Shown piece by piece: positions 28,201 through 42,857 of a stretch of 64,000 nt of DNA. The position numbers and the translations under genes were made by a program. This DNA comes from Octopus sinensis. Lineage: Eukaryota. The stretch spans positions 55,862,001-55,926,000 of the forward strand of contig NC_043002.1 in NCBI RefSeq assembly GCF_006345805.1, in the 5' to 3' direction. Under the pieces are notes generated by a model that worked only from the letters and a program-made list of their open reading frames with translations, was not told the origin of the DNA and ran no database searches. Each line of letters begins with the position of its first letter. The stretch's first letter is position 1.

Positions 28201-31200
28201 TTTAAGATTTAGTTGCTTTAATTGGAGCCTATATTATTAAAAAGAAATAATATATAATTACAGTTAAATATATATATATATACAGTTATATATATATATA
28301 TAACATGTGTGTACATGCACATATACACACGTGCATACACACACACACACAATGAGCTTCTTTCAAATTTCTTCAAAAGGCTTTGGTCAACCTGAGGCTA
28401 TAGTAGAAGACACTTGTTCAGGGTACCATGCAGTGGAACTGAACGCAGAACCATGAGGTTGCAAAGTGAGTTTCTTAATTACAGATAGGATGGTCATGGT
28501 TGGATTTCCTTCTATCAAAAGTTTGCTTCCTCACGACTGACCAAGGGCTGAACAACAACATCAGATATTAGCTGCTGCTACCTTTTTATTTCCTATACCT
28601 AATACCACTTCTCCTGAAGTTATGCAAGAGGCATCACCTGGCTTGTTAGAAATAGCAGCCAAATCTCACTCAACTGTCGTAAAACAGTCAAGACACATTC
28701 AATAATGTGATCATATATACACCATCTCAAGAAGAGAAGGTCACATTTGGAATGCTTTTAATCATAGGCTTACTTGATCAGGGATGGCCTGGGGCTAAAC
28801 AGCAAAATGATGATGATGATGATGACTAAGCGCTGTGCCATCAGCTTTACTCAACAACTGTCTCTGGAAGGTGAAACCATGTAACAGCCACAGAATCAAT
28901 ATCAGTCAGAATAGTGGGAGATAAATGGAGGAGGGGGAAGTCCAACCGATGTCAGCAGGGAATGTGGGGGGTGACGATGGCAGTAGTAATAATAATGGTG
29001 GTGGTGGTGGTGGTGGTAGCAATGATGACGATGGTGATGATCATGGTGGCAGTAGTGATGATGAAATCAATGGTGATGGTGGTGATGATGGTGAGGGAGA
29101 AGGAGAGAAAGAGACAAAGGAAAGAGAGAAGAGGAGAAAGAAGGAAAGAGAATGATTCATGGGGTAGAAGTGAGTAGTGTGCTGACCTTGGTCAGCTATG
29201 TCCACACAAACCACCACCGGCCTGAGAAAAACTACCCCCTCCCTCCTCTGGAACCAACCAGATGGAAAATATTGATTTGATTACAGGAAAGAGACCTTAT
29301 AAAAGGGGACACATCATTCTCTGCATGCCTTCCACAGCAGTAACAGTGGTACCTCTTCTCTCTATTAAACAAGGGAGCCTTGATGTGTTGCTCAACCTGT
29401 TAGAAATAGCAGTCAAACCTCACAACTTTACTGTCTCAAAAAGATAAAAAAAAAAAGAAGATATCTCAGGCACAGATGTGGCTGTGTGGTAAGAAGTTTG
29501 CTTTCCAAGTTTGCATGGTTCCAGGTTCAATCCCACTGAATGGCACCTTGGACAAGTGTCTATTTATAGCCTCAGGCTCAACAAAGCCTTGTGAGTGGAG
29601 TTGGCAAATGGAAACTGAAAGAACCCTGTTGTGTGTGTGTGGGTGTGTGAGTGTTATAAGAACAGTTTCTTTTTTATTTAACAGGCTCTATATGGTTACC
29701 ATTGTTTTGAATACACATTGTAATACATTTATCCCACTCATTGTGAACTTGTAATAGCACATCTGGTGATACGTGTGCAAATGAGTTGGTGATGCGTTCC
29801 TTCAAATGATTTATGTCTTTTATCTTTCTGCAATACACCACGCCTTTCAAATGCCCCCAAAGATAGAAATCAAGAGGGGTCAGATCAGGGGATCTAGAGG
29901 ATCTTATAAACTGTTTCTTATTAAAAAAATAATGTTTTCCTATGTATGGAGACTTTTGAATCACCCTGTATAAACATTAGGGAAAGAAACCCAACTGTTT
30001 CTTGCAATAAATACAGTAATTCCTTGCCATATCATGGCTCACCTGTCATGCTTTATTTAAGCTTACATTAATTCCTCCATGGTGTTTTGGATTTATAATA
30101 AATAAATATATAAAAAATAATTATAAAAATAATAAAAAAAGATATACAGTATTGTTTCTATTTTACAGATTTTCACCTATTGCTGGGGGTGGGGGTTGGA
30201 ACATAAGATCCGTAATAGTCAAGGGATTACTGAACATCTAAAGCAAAATTGGTTTCATGTGTTGGGCCTCACAGAGGCAATGACCAAGGCCTTTGGAATT
30301 ATGTTGTGCTTGAGAAGAAGACCCATTACTATCGACCCCTTAAGGATCCTACAAACCTCAGTTGAGAACCGCTGAATTAGAGAAAAGAAAAAAAACTTGT
30401 GCATGCCTGGCTGTGTGGTTAAGAAGATTACTTTGCAACCACATGGTTTCAGGTTCAATCCCTGATTGTGCAGCACCTTGGGCAAGTGTCCTCTACTATA
30501 GTCCCAGGTTGACCAAAGCCTTGTGAGTGAATTTGATAGATGGAAACTGTATGGAAGCTTCTCATGTGTGTGTGTGTATCTTTGTCCCTCACCACTGTTT
30601 GACAATAGGTGTTGGTTTGTTTACATCTTGATGACAGAGACTGATACAATAAGTTCCAGACTTATAAAAATGGGTCCTGGGGTCAATTTGCTTGACTAAA
30701 TCCCTCGAGGTGGTGCCCCAGCCTGGCCATAGTGCAACGACCGAAACAAGTAAAAGAGGAAAGGTAAATGGGGCGGCAGTATAGTAGAAGAGAGGAAAAG
30801 GAAAGGGAGAAAGAGGGAGTAGAATTGGGAGAAGGGGGGAGTAGAAAGTGTGCCAGAAGAGAAAGAGGTAGAAGCGCATGAAGAAGATGAGGAGGAGGAG
30901 AGAAAGAAGAAAAGGAGGGGATAGCAAAAGGAGAGGAAATCAAAGGAGGGGGTAATTAATAAGAAAGAAAGTGAAGAAGGCTGTGTGCTGGTAGGATTGT
31001 AAGAGAGACAGAAGAATGTGTTGCAGGATTTCTTGTGGTTCTCTGAGTTCTGGGTTCAAAGCAGGCTGAGACCAGCTTTGTCTCTTATCCTTCCAGGGTC
31101 CTTACAAATACTGGGGTCAATGCTTTTGACTAACATCCTTGAAATTGCTGATGGGTTTGTGTCATTGTAGTGTGTTGTATTTTACAGAGAGGGAGAGAGA

Positions 31201-34200
31201 GAGTAAGACAATGAGAGACAAAGAGAGACTGTAAGAGAGAGGCCTAAAGTGAGAGAGAGAGAGTATCTTACCTTCCCCTTATCAAAACAATCAATGATGT
31301 CCAAGTAGAGTCTCTCTTTGCGATCACACTGGAGCTCTGAGTGGTAATTCATCTCAGTTGGTAGTGGGCTCTCTGTCCATTCCAGTAAACTTGAGTAGAG
31401 CTGGAGTGTGAGTCCAGCCTCCACAAAACTATCTGTGTTCAGATGCAGTTCATATAACTTGTGAATATATCGAATATAAAGCTCTTCCTTGTTCACCTCA
31501 GTCTTGTAAAAATTCTAAAATCCAAGAAAAACAAAGAAAACATTAAATTCATTTAGATTTGAAAATAAATTTTTTATTTGTCAAAGAGAGATTAATTTTA
31601 AAAGGAATTAATTCTAGAATAAGGAATTAAACCAACTGATTTTTGTGTTTCTCAATTCCATCATCTCTCTTAGTAGAGAGGTCTTCGTCTTGCAACCAAC
31701 TTAACAACTCTGTTCATGCCATATAAAGACACCCGTGTTGGTGCCACATAAAAGCACCCGTGTTGGTGCCATGTTAAAAGCAGCCAGTACATTGTAAAGT
31801 GGTTGGCATTATGAAGGGCATCCAGCTGTAGAAACCATGCCAAATCAGACAAATGGAGCCTTGTGCAGCTATCTGATATGACAGTTCCTGTCAAAGTGTC
31901 CAACCCATGTCAGCATGGAAAAGGGATGTTAAAAGATGATGATGATGATGATGATAACAGGCACATCATTTGTTTTTTGTAGACTTCTTCCTCATTGTTA
32001 GCTGTTCTACTTTTTAAACAGAAACACACACACAAACAATTACAATATAAACATACTTACAAGAATATTATAGGTACAATGCATTCGTTTATCTTTGTTA
32101 TCCTCTTTGTCAATGTACTTCCTAAAAAAAGAAAAAGAGAAACATTGATAAAGAACAACTACATTGGAAGTTACAGTATGGCCTTAAAACTCTCTTGGCA
32201 GAAGAGGCACATTACAGTGTTCCTAACTTGACACATTGTTAGCCTACACAAACACTACAACATTTAATAAGCTACCAAATGTTTCAGTGACTGTTTAATT
32301 AACTCTTTTCATACCAACCGACGAAAGATCACACTTGGTTCTCTCTTACAAACTTCCTGTTTTAAAGCGGACCAAATTGAAACATTCCATCAAAATTTCT
32401 TGTTGGTTTATTTATGTTCCAAACACCACATTTATAATGGCCAAGTTGTTTCAAAAGAAATATGGTAACAAAAGGGTTAAATGTGTAACTGTGTGTGTTT
32501 GTGTGTTTATCACTATTCATGCATTAATATACACACACATGATTAAATGTATGGTAACTGGGATTACAAAAGCCATTTCTAAAGGTTTAACACCAATAGA
32601 GTTGTTTGGGATTAACAGTACCTATTAGTGAGTTGAAAGGGACAACAGAAAACGAGTGAAAGTTGATTGGGTCTGGGGGAGAGGAATCAATTTATAAGAC
32701 ATATTGCTAATCATAGACACTGAGAGTGGGAGGTTTAAGTCTTTTATGTGGTCTATTAATCAAGATTATTTAAAATCCATGTTCCATGCTGGCACAGACT
32801 GAATGGTCTGACAGGATCCAATGGGTCACAATCCAACATCAGCTTTGGCATGGTTTCTATAGCTTGATGTCCTTCCTAATGACAGCATACATTGGGTGCT
32901 TTATTTGTTTTCATGGTACCAGCACTTGTAGGATCACGATGCAGCTTACAAGACTATGAACCTCCAAGAGAAGCAGCTTTTATGTCAAGAAATGAAGGAT
33001 TAACCCTTTCATTACCAACCTGGCTGAAGGTGTTTTGTAGTACAAAAGTCTTGTTTTCAAAAGTTCTGAATTAAAATCCTCCACCAAACCTTAGTCACAA
33101 TTTATGTTCCTAACACTAGCTTAATGATAACTAATGATAGTTATTTTACTAAATTCTTGGTTATATTTAAAATTAATTGAAAGAAACACAGAACATCTCA
33201 AATACAGTAACAAAGGTTAAAGTAAGAGAGAAGGTTCCAGAGCAGAATCGGTTTCTTGCATAAAAGAGCTGCCTGGCTGGTACTAGATCAGTGGTTCTCA
33301 ACCATTTTTTTCCCTCTGGACTCCTTTGATCCTGGCTTCACTCAGACGGACCCTCACAGCCATTTGATGTTTAAAAACTCCCATTATGTTTTTATAATCA
33401 AATATTAGGAATTGTATAAAAAAGAATTGTTAAAATATTTTGTGTATTGGGGAAGCATAACTTATTTATTGCGCATAAATTTTCATGACAAAATCTTATA
33501 TGGACCCCTAAGGGCCATATATTGGCCCTGGTTGAGAACCACTGGACTATGAGATGATAAAAGTCTATATATCTCATATCAGGACTTCAATTTACTCATC
33601 ACAATTCACTGCATATTAAATACGAGTGTACTTAATATTAAAAGATAAAGAAAATTGTAAAAATCAAACCACACGGCTGTTATACCCTGTTTCTCATAAT
33701 TTCTTCATTATGGATGCAGTCGGTGTGTGAATGTGTTTGTCACTCCCTCTACCACCACTTGACAACTGGCATGGGTTTGTTTACATCCCTATAACTTAGT
33801 GATTTGGCAAAAGAGACTAATAGAATAAGAGCTAGACTTGAAAAACAAAAAATAAAATACTGCATGCTAAGGGTGGTATGTTCGACAAAGACCTTTTGAG
33901 GTGGTGCCCCAGCATAGCCGCAGTCCAACAACTGAAACAAGTAAAAGACAAAAAAATATTTCTTTTTCTTCAGCACCAAACAAGCAACACAATTTACTCT
34001 TTCCTCTCTTCTGTTTCTTGTTTTGTGTTAAGATCTAAAGACTTTGCCAGACACAGTTGCTTTATGACTAATCTTTAGAACCTCTTGAGAAGGTCAACAG
34101 AGTTTGACACCAGAAGCTGAGGTGGGGGGGATGTTCAATGGAACTGTTCAGCTGCCACCATCAGACTTTCTTTAGAGTCGGTCAGTTAGGTGAAGTTCAT

Positions 34201-35715
34201 TCAGTCATTAAAAACAGAAGTGCTCAAAGTGGCCACACCAACGGAGAACGCATTGTACAATAATTAACCTGAGAATATAGGGAGGACTTTGCATGGCTGT
34301 GCGGTAAGAAGTTTGCCTCTGAACCATATGGTTCTGGGTTCAGATCCACTGTGTGGCACCTTGGGCAAGTGTCTTCTTTTATAGCCTTGGGCTAACCAAA
34401 GTTTTGAGTGGATTTAGTAGATGGAAACTGAAAGAAGCCCATCATGCATGTGTGTGTGTCCCCACAACTACTTGACAACCAGTGTTGGTGTATTTACATC
34501 CCTGTAATTTAGCAGACACAAATCACACACACACACACAATGGGCTTCTTTCAGTTTCTGTCAACCAAATCTACTCACAAGGCTTTGGTTGGCCCAAGGC
34601 TATAGTAGAAGACACTTGCCCAAGGTGTCATGCAGTGGGGCTGAACCCAGAAACGTGGGTGGGAAGCAAGCTTCTTACCACACAGCCATGCCTGTACCTT
34701 ATGTATACATAAGTGTATGTATGTGTATGTATGCATGTATTGTGTGTATGTATATGTGTGTGTATGTATATGTGTGTATATGTATATGTGTGTATATGTA
34801 TATGTGTGTATACACGCATGTATGTATGTATATGTGTATGTATATATGTATGTGTCTAAGTATATATGTGTATATGTCTGTGTATGTATGTATATATGTA
34901 TGTGCATGTACATATGTATGTGTGTTTGTCCCCCATTGTTGCTTGACAACCAGTGTTGGCTTGTTTATCAGCAAAAAAAAAGTCCTGGGGTCAATTTGCT
35001 CCACCAAACTCTTGAAGATAGTGCTCCAGCATGGCAGGCAACTAGGTAACAGTATAAAAGGGATATCAGCCTTTAAGATAAGACCCTCCTCAGTCAATAA
35101 CCTTCAGCTGAGTTAAAGAATTACTGGATGTTGCTAATAATTCCCACACACACACACACACTCAGAAAGACATACACACCACACACAAAGAGTTCTTCTC
35201 AAAGACTAGTATTCAGTTCCTTCCTCCTGTACATGGCAATGCTGAAAACACACACACAAGCTAAACATGAATTCTGCCACAAGTGAGAGAAAAAAATTGG
35301 GAATAAAATACTGCAAGAAACCCCATCAAGCCCTCATCATCGGATTTAACTTGGATCATTAATTTGATGGTTTTAACAGACACAATAACTTTATCTCCAG
35401 AAGGATATTAATATTAGTCTGAAGGGGTCAGACTGTTAAATCTGTCAGACTTCTTCATGGTGGTGGAGGTCTTCCTCTCTCATCAGGCAGGGGTTGTCCC
35501 CTAATCTAAAACATCTGCTGGGCTACCACAACAGCACACTGGAAGAAGATTCAGGCTCCATACTTCCTGTTACAACTCTAATCTTGTGCTTAACTTCACA
35601 CAACACATTTAGTGGAGTATTGCAAGGCCAATTGCAGTGGCAAGTGTATGTTGTCATGTATGTAGAGAGGAGAGAGAGAGAGAGAATGTGTGTGCGTGTG
35701 TGTGTGTGTGTGTGT

Positions 35716-35756
<41 letters not shown>

Positions 35757-35958
35757 GTGTGTGTGTGTGTGAGTGTGTATGTGTGGGAGAGAGTATGTGT
35801 ATGTGTGAGAGAGAGAGTGTGTGTGTGTATGTGTGTGTGAGACAGAGAGAGAGAAAGAGAGCAGAATGGAGGAAGTGTGTGCCATTGCATATTTCTTTGA
35901 AGAGAGTGAATTTGGCAGAGTTTCTACCTGTCTATAATTTGGTGTATGTAGATATAAG

Positions 35959-35999
<41 letters not shown>

Positions 36000-38193
36000 C
36001 ATACACACACATATTTTATATATACATACATACACACACATATATACACATAGAAAAGGTAAGCAGAATTAGCGGTTGTAGTAACCGACTAACGGATAAA
36101 AAATATCCATATTTACTACCAGTACTAATTACCTATACTATCCCTGGCCATGGGTATTCAGGCACACAATGCTCATAGGGTAGAGGTAACTATAGAATAT
36201 CAAATTTAAATAATCAGAAAATGGAGCAAGCTTCTAATCAACAAACAAGCAAATTGAACGCGGTTCAATTTGTTTGTAGATCAAAAGTTTTCTCCATTTT
36301 CTGACTATTTAAATTATATAAGAAAAAAGGGATAAAAGAATCCTGATAGATTTCAATAAAGAACTCTGTATTAAAAGAATTTCATTACCAATGTTTAACA
36401 ATTAGACACCAGTAAATGTAAGTAGAATACAGATCCCATACATACATAGGGATACATTCTTAATTCTGAAATAAGGAGTGCGTGTGCAGCGGGGGGGGGG
36501 GTTATATATATTTATATTCATTGATGGACATGCATAAGTGTCATGAATATTTGATTGCATGGTAACCCATCTGTTTGCTTCACCAGTTTCAGAATGGTTC
36601 ACAGATCTAATCTGAAGCCAGAGTTATTAAAACAATGCTGATTCTAGATTCAATTCTCAAACCAAACCCAATTTCTCCAAGGTTTCAGACATAAACATTA
36701 CAAATGTTCACTTTCTGCAAAAGATTGGACTATTTTTTATTAGATGCAAAAAAATAAAAGGTTCACCAATCCAAATTAATCATACTTCATCAAGATTGTA
36801 ACTCACTCCTGTCTCCAGAAAGTGGACAGAACATTGAGATGATGGCATTATGATGCCATCTCTTCATTTTTTTTGTGTGCTTCTTATCATCAACATCACA
36901 ATTAAACATCTGTTTTCAGTGCTGGCATGGGTTGGATGGATTGGCAGAAGCTGAGCCAGCAAACTACATGGCTGTAGAGACCATGACAAAGCTCTAATGT
37001 CAGGTTTTGCATGGTTTCTAAGGCCAGATGCCCTTCCTAACACCAATCACTTCACAGAGTGTACTGGGTGTTTTTTACATGGTACCTGCAACGTCATCAA
37101 GTAACTTGCAAGACAAGACCCCTTAACTGAGAAAGAAGATAAAATTCCTTCTTCTTGCATAAGTAAACATTATTCACCTCTAGGATTTCCACAAAACAGT
37201 GAATGTGGAAGATTCAACATGAAAGGAAGGGTACAGCCCTTTAGTTTTACTTTGTCTGAGAGAAAGAGGCAGGGTTTTGTGTGGAGTTTAGCTGCTTGAA
37301 TTTGAATTCAAAATCTGCCAGTGTTCTTGACTGTGCTTTCCGAATTTCAGAAGCTTCTAACATAATGACCAATCCAATATTTTATTCCATCCAGTAGTCT
37401 CTATTTCCTCTTCACCTATAAATTTGTGACCTTCTGCCAATGTTAGAAAACCTTCATCATCATTCCTGTTTAGTCTGAGGAGCCCCTACATTTCACCTTG
37501 TCTCCCTATTAATGTCCCTTATTTCTCCCTCTTCCATGATCCACACTTATTGGTCTTCCTTCTTCCTGAGTCTATCTCTATTCCCATCTCTAACCAGCTC
37601 TTACACCCCTTAACTTACCTACTAACTCCCCACTTTCCATCCTTTATCCCTATTCTCTCTCCTATATTCACCATTAACCATGAGGGCATGCCCGCACTAT
37701 CTATTTCCTCCTTTTCCTGTTGGGGTAGTCATATATCACCTCTTCAACAAGACATCTGCTCCCGTACCTCCATCACACTTTTCACCTACTCCTTTACTTA
37801 CTAAGCCCCAACACAGTTAGGGGCCGGCTGTCTTGTCTTGCAAGTTACTTGGTGACCTCACTAGTGCCAATGTCATAAAAGAAGTACCAAGAATGCTCTG
37901 TAAAGTAGGTGGCATCAAGAAGCACATCCAGCTGTAGAAACCATGCCAAAGTAGAATTTGAAAGCTTGGTACTGTCCTCTAACTCAATGGTGCTTGTCAA
38001 ATAGTGCAACCCATACCAGCATGGAAGGTGAATGTTAAATGATGATGATGACAAGAAGTAGTGTCAAGACCCATCCAAGCTCTTGTAATTTTAGGGGTCA
38101 GAACAAGTTGATTACATCAACCCCCAATAGTTGATGAGTACTTTGTTGACCCCCAAAAGGATAATCTAATGATTCTGCTGGTATACTGCCATT

Positions 38194-38232
<39 letters not shown>

Positions 38233-40868
38233 TAGAAGAAGAAGAAGAAGAAGAAGAAAAGAAGAAGAAGAAGAAGAAGAAGAAGAAGAAGAAGAAGAAG
38301 AAGAAGAAGAAGAAGAAGAAGAAGAAGAAGAAGAAGAAGAAGAAGAAGAAGAAGAAGAAGAAGAAGAAGAAGAAGAAGAAGAAGAAGAAGAAGAAGAAAC
38401 AACAACAACAACAACAATAATCCTTTCTACAATAGGCATAAGGCCTGAAATTTTGGAGGTGCTCAGATGGGACTTATTTTATTGACCCCCAAAAGATGAA
38501 AGGCAATGCTGACTTCATTGGAATTTGAACTCATAACATAGAGATTTGACGAAGTGCTCCTAAGCATTTTGCCCAGAGTACAAACGATTCTGCCAGTTTG
38601 CCATAATAACAATAATGTATAATAAGGATTTTTGACGTGGGCATAAGTTTGTAGGGAGAGTATAGAACAGTGCTTCTCTATGTAGATGGTACTTCCTCCT
38701 GGAGAGGGAGGTGGGGAAATATAAGGGTATTAGAGATAACAGCTGCACTTTTAATTTTTTTTCTTTTCATTTTAGTTCTTGTCTCCTATTTAAATATTAA
38801 CTTAAAAACATATCAATGCAAACTGAATGAACTAACATGTCTAGTTTTATCTCTTTCTAACTTTAAAAACCCACTTAAGTTTTTAATCCAGGACCAATAA
38901 AATAGATACCTGTAATATACTGAGATCAGCTACAGTCCTTCCCATTCGAATCTGTGTCTTTGTATAACAGTTAAAAATCATTATCATATATAAATATAGC
39001 ATACATACTATAAATGTGACTAATTTTTATCAACTTTCTTGATGTTTATGCAAAATGATAAAATTATCATCATCATCGTTTAACATCTGTTTTCTATGCT
39101 GGCATGGGTTGGATGGTTTGACTGGGGACTTGTAGGTCAGGAGGTTGCACCAGGCTTCAATCTGATCTGACAGTTTCTACAGCTGGATGTCCTTCCTAAC
39201 GCCAACCACTCCAACAGTGTAGTGGGTGTTTTTTATGTGCCACCTGCAGAAAGAGCCAGTCAGGCGGCACTGGCATCGGCCATATTCGGATGGTGCTTTT
39301 TACATGCTACCAGCACAGGAGCCAGTCAGGTGGAACTGGCAATGACCCATGTATGCATCAAAAGAAAAAAAGTTTATTCCCTTAAAATAAAATTAAAAAC
39401 AAAAACGAAAATCTGTGTTGATTTTATATTATGGAAGTTTATTCCCCCACTTCTCTCTCTCTCACACACACACACACAGTCTGTATGCACACACACACAC
39501 ACACACATCTCCTCTCTATGTGATTCTTTCTCTGTCAGTGTATGTTTGTGTATAACATTCATTTGTTCATTGCCTGCCACCAAGCTTAGCATGTGCACCC
39601 ATCCCACACCCCCTCATGTTAATTCTCTCTCTCTTCCTATCTCACCCCTTCTCTATACAATGTAAGGTATGACTGGAGAGATCAGTCAACCAACAATTAT
39701 TATTATTATTATTATTGATAATAATATAACGATGGAGGCGAGCTGGCAGAACCATTAGCACACTGGGTGAAATGCTTAGCGGTATATTGTCTACCACTAC
39801 ATTCTGAGTTCAAATTCCACCAAGGTTGACTTTGTCTTTCATCCTATCAGGGTTGATGAAATAAGCACCAGTTACACACTGGGGTCAATGTAATAGACTA
39901 GCCCCCTTTCCCCAAAATTTTCAAGGCCTTGTGCCTAGAGTAGATATAATTATTATTAATATAATTATTGCTGTAATATCAGTAGAAACAGCAGGAATCT
40001 TAAAGATGATGCAACAATTCTCAGAAATAAATAATTATACACTTACCTATAATCCAGCAGTTTTTCCATCAGGTTCGATATAGACAAGATGAACTGGGAT
40101 CCGGATTGCTGGAGACTAGGCTCCGCTTGGACCTTTTCCATAAGTCTGGTGAAAAATTTAACCATTTTGAGATGAGTAAAATTTGAAGTTAATATAAATA
40201 GATTTGGAAAATTTATATGAAAAATAATTCCTCTAAATGAGAAATGTAATAATGAAAATTCTGATTTCACAGTGGAATATGTTGAAAATATTAAGAAAAT
40301 CTGGATTAAGAATGTCTTTGAGTAAAGTCTGTAGAATTTTTCTGTTTATATTCCATGTTTTTAAAGATCCAGAACAAATGTTGTATATCTGAGGAGTTAA
40401 AAAGTTTGGTAAAAGTTAAAAAATTTGGAAAACTTTGCAAAGTTTTCCTGCATCAAAAGTTTTTTCTCCCAAAATTTTGTTCTTAAAGTTAAGCAACCAC
40501 GAAGAGCTGGAAGTTTAAAAGCCTTGCTTTTAGAAAACAATGTTCTATATTTTTGTTACACATAAATATTTTTGACTCTTGTCCTTTGTAGTTATAAAGG
40601 GAGTATGTTATGTCAGAGATGTTGCAAACTTGGTTGAAGACAGGACATGTTGACAAAGTTTATCACACATTTTCCCTCAAAATGAATTGGTATGTGTATT
40701 AAAATCCTTGTTTAAGTAGAAATGGCCAACCAAAAAGAGAATGCACTACATCCATGCCTTCTGTATTTACAGAAATGAAATATATTCATGTTAATTAGTG
40801 CTATGGGATGAGCTTGTTTGGTTGTTTGGAAAGCCTTTGCTTAACAACATATATATATATATGTTTGC

Positions 40869-40924
<56 letters not shown>

Positions 40925-41092
40925 ATAGGTGTATGTATATATTTATGTAGGTATATATGTTTATATATAAATTTATATATGTGTGCGTGTATATATATAT
41001 ATATATATCTATATATATATATATATAATATATATATATATAATATATATATATATAAATATATATATGTGTGCGTGTATATATATATATAT

Positions 41093-41151
<59 letters not shown>

Positions 41152-41903
41152 GTATATAGGTGTATGTATATATGTTTATATATAAATTTATATATGTGTG
41201 CGTGTATATATATATATATATATATATAGATATATGTAAATTTTGTAAAAATTGTCTATTCTTTCTCAAATTCTTTCATTTCAGTAAAAGCATGTTCGTG
41301 CTTTACATTTTTTTTGCATTTTTTTTTTCTCTTTCAGTTGTGTATTATGTTAAATAAAATCTTTTTGTGTAGAAGCAAAAGAGAGTCCTAGAGTCATGAA
41401 ACTGGAGTTTGAAATATTTTCTTCCAAATATACATTTCAGCAAATATCCAGAGACAGAAACAACAAAAAAAAAAAGAAAAGAAAAGAAAAGAAGAGAAAA
41501 AAAAAGAAAACTTATGGAAAAAGAAGGCACTTTCTTGCTTTTCGTTTTTTTTTTTGGCAAATTAATATCCAGAAATGTAGTCGCAGAGTTTAAGTTCCAG
41601 TGCACAAAAGAGAGGCACAACTTGTGAATGGTTGTAAAAAAATGATGAAAAATAATGGGAAGCGGGTTCATATGATTAATGCTTTTAATAGCATCAAGTC
41701 TGTGACTAGCCCTAGGTCTATGATAGCAACCTTCTTGCTTTGAAGAGGTTTACATTAAAACCATACAATAAAATTTCATGCGAATTTATGTTTCAAACAG
41801 CAGCTTCATGATGACAAAGTTGTTTTGCTAAATTCCTATTTCTGCAATTAACTGAAACAAAGGCAATTCTACTTCAACTGAAATATGGTAACAAAAACAA
41901 AGG

Positions 41904-41940
<37 letters not shown>

Positions 41941-42805
41941 AGTTCTTTGATTTCTTGCTAGAGATTTTTTTTTGTAGTTCACTTATTGTTGCTGCTGTTT
42001 ATAATTATCATCATCATCATCATCATTATTATTATTAGCAACAAGGTCAGAATGGCAGGGCAAATTTGACCAGTTGGTAATAAATCTTCATGCCTAATAG
42101 AGAAACTGCTGCTGCTGCTACTACTGCTGCTGCATTTATGACTAATCTTTGACTTCTGTAATTGCTTTTACAAAACTTTCTTCCAAACTCTGATATTGAG
42201 ATGTGTGTGTGTGTGTGTGTGGTGTGTGTGTGTGTGTGTGTGGTGTGTGTGTGTGTTGTAACTTCTCTGCTCAAGTACAGGAGATTATTATCATGATGAC
42301 AATGATAACAGTGGTGGTGGCGGTGGTGGTGGTGATGAAGTGACAGCTGCTTCAATGGGAACAGCTTCCTTTGGGTATAAGTTATTGTAATGTTTGCTTG
42401 CCTCTCTCTCTCTCGTGTGTGTGTGTGTGTGTGTGTGTGTGCACTCTTATCTAAAAGATCAATTAAGTTCCCAATTATATCAGCAGTGGTACAGCAGCAG
42501 CAGGGTGCAGTGAAGAGGGAACCACCAGAGCTGTAGCTTAGGTGGTACTTAAACAAGTCAGACTGAGCAGAGTCTCTTGTAAACAATGGTCCCCCTACCC
42601 CCACCCCTGAGAGGAGGAGGAGGAACACCAACAGATGATGGCAGAGCAGTAGTAAGAGACCTGATAGCAGCAGTAGCAGCAGGAGGGAAAAGATGCTCAT
42701 TTCTGGAGGTCTCACATACACACATGCACACACACACACACACATATATACACACATGCACAAACATAGACATCATACACACACTGAACCAGCCATATGC
42801 ACACA

Positions 42806-42857
<52 letters not shown>

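Noticed and set aside
38166-38439. Poly-Lys/Leu/Ser ORFs
   Set aside because: Translations of the GAA microsatellite.
42047-42763. 238-aa minus-strand ORF as a nested gene
   Set aside because: Built from CA, CAG and CAC repeats with no recognisable domain; kept only as possible UTR or promoter sequence.
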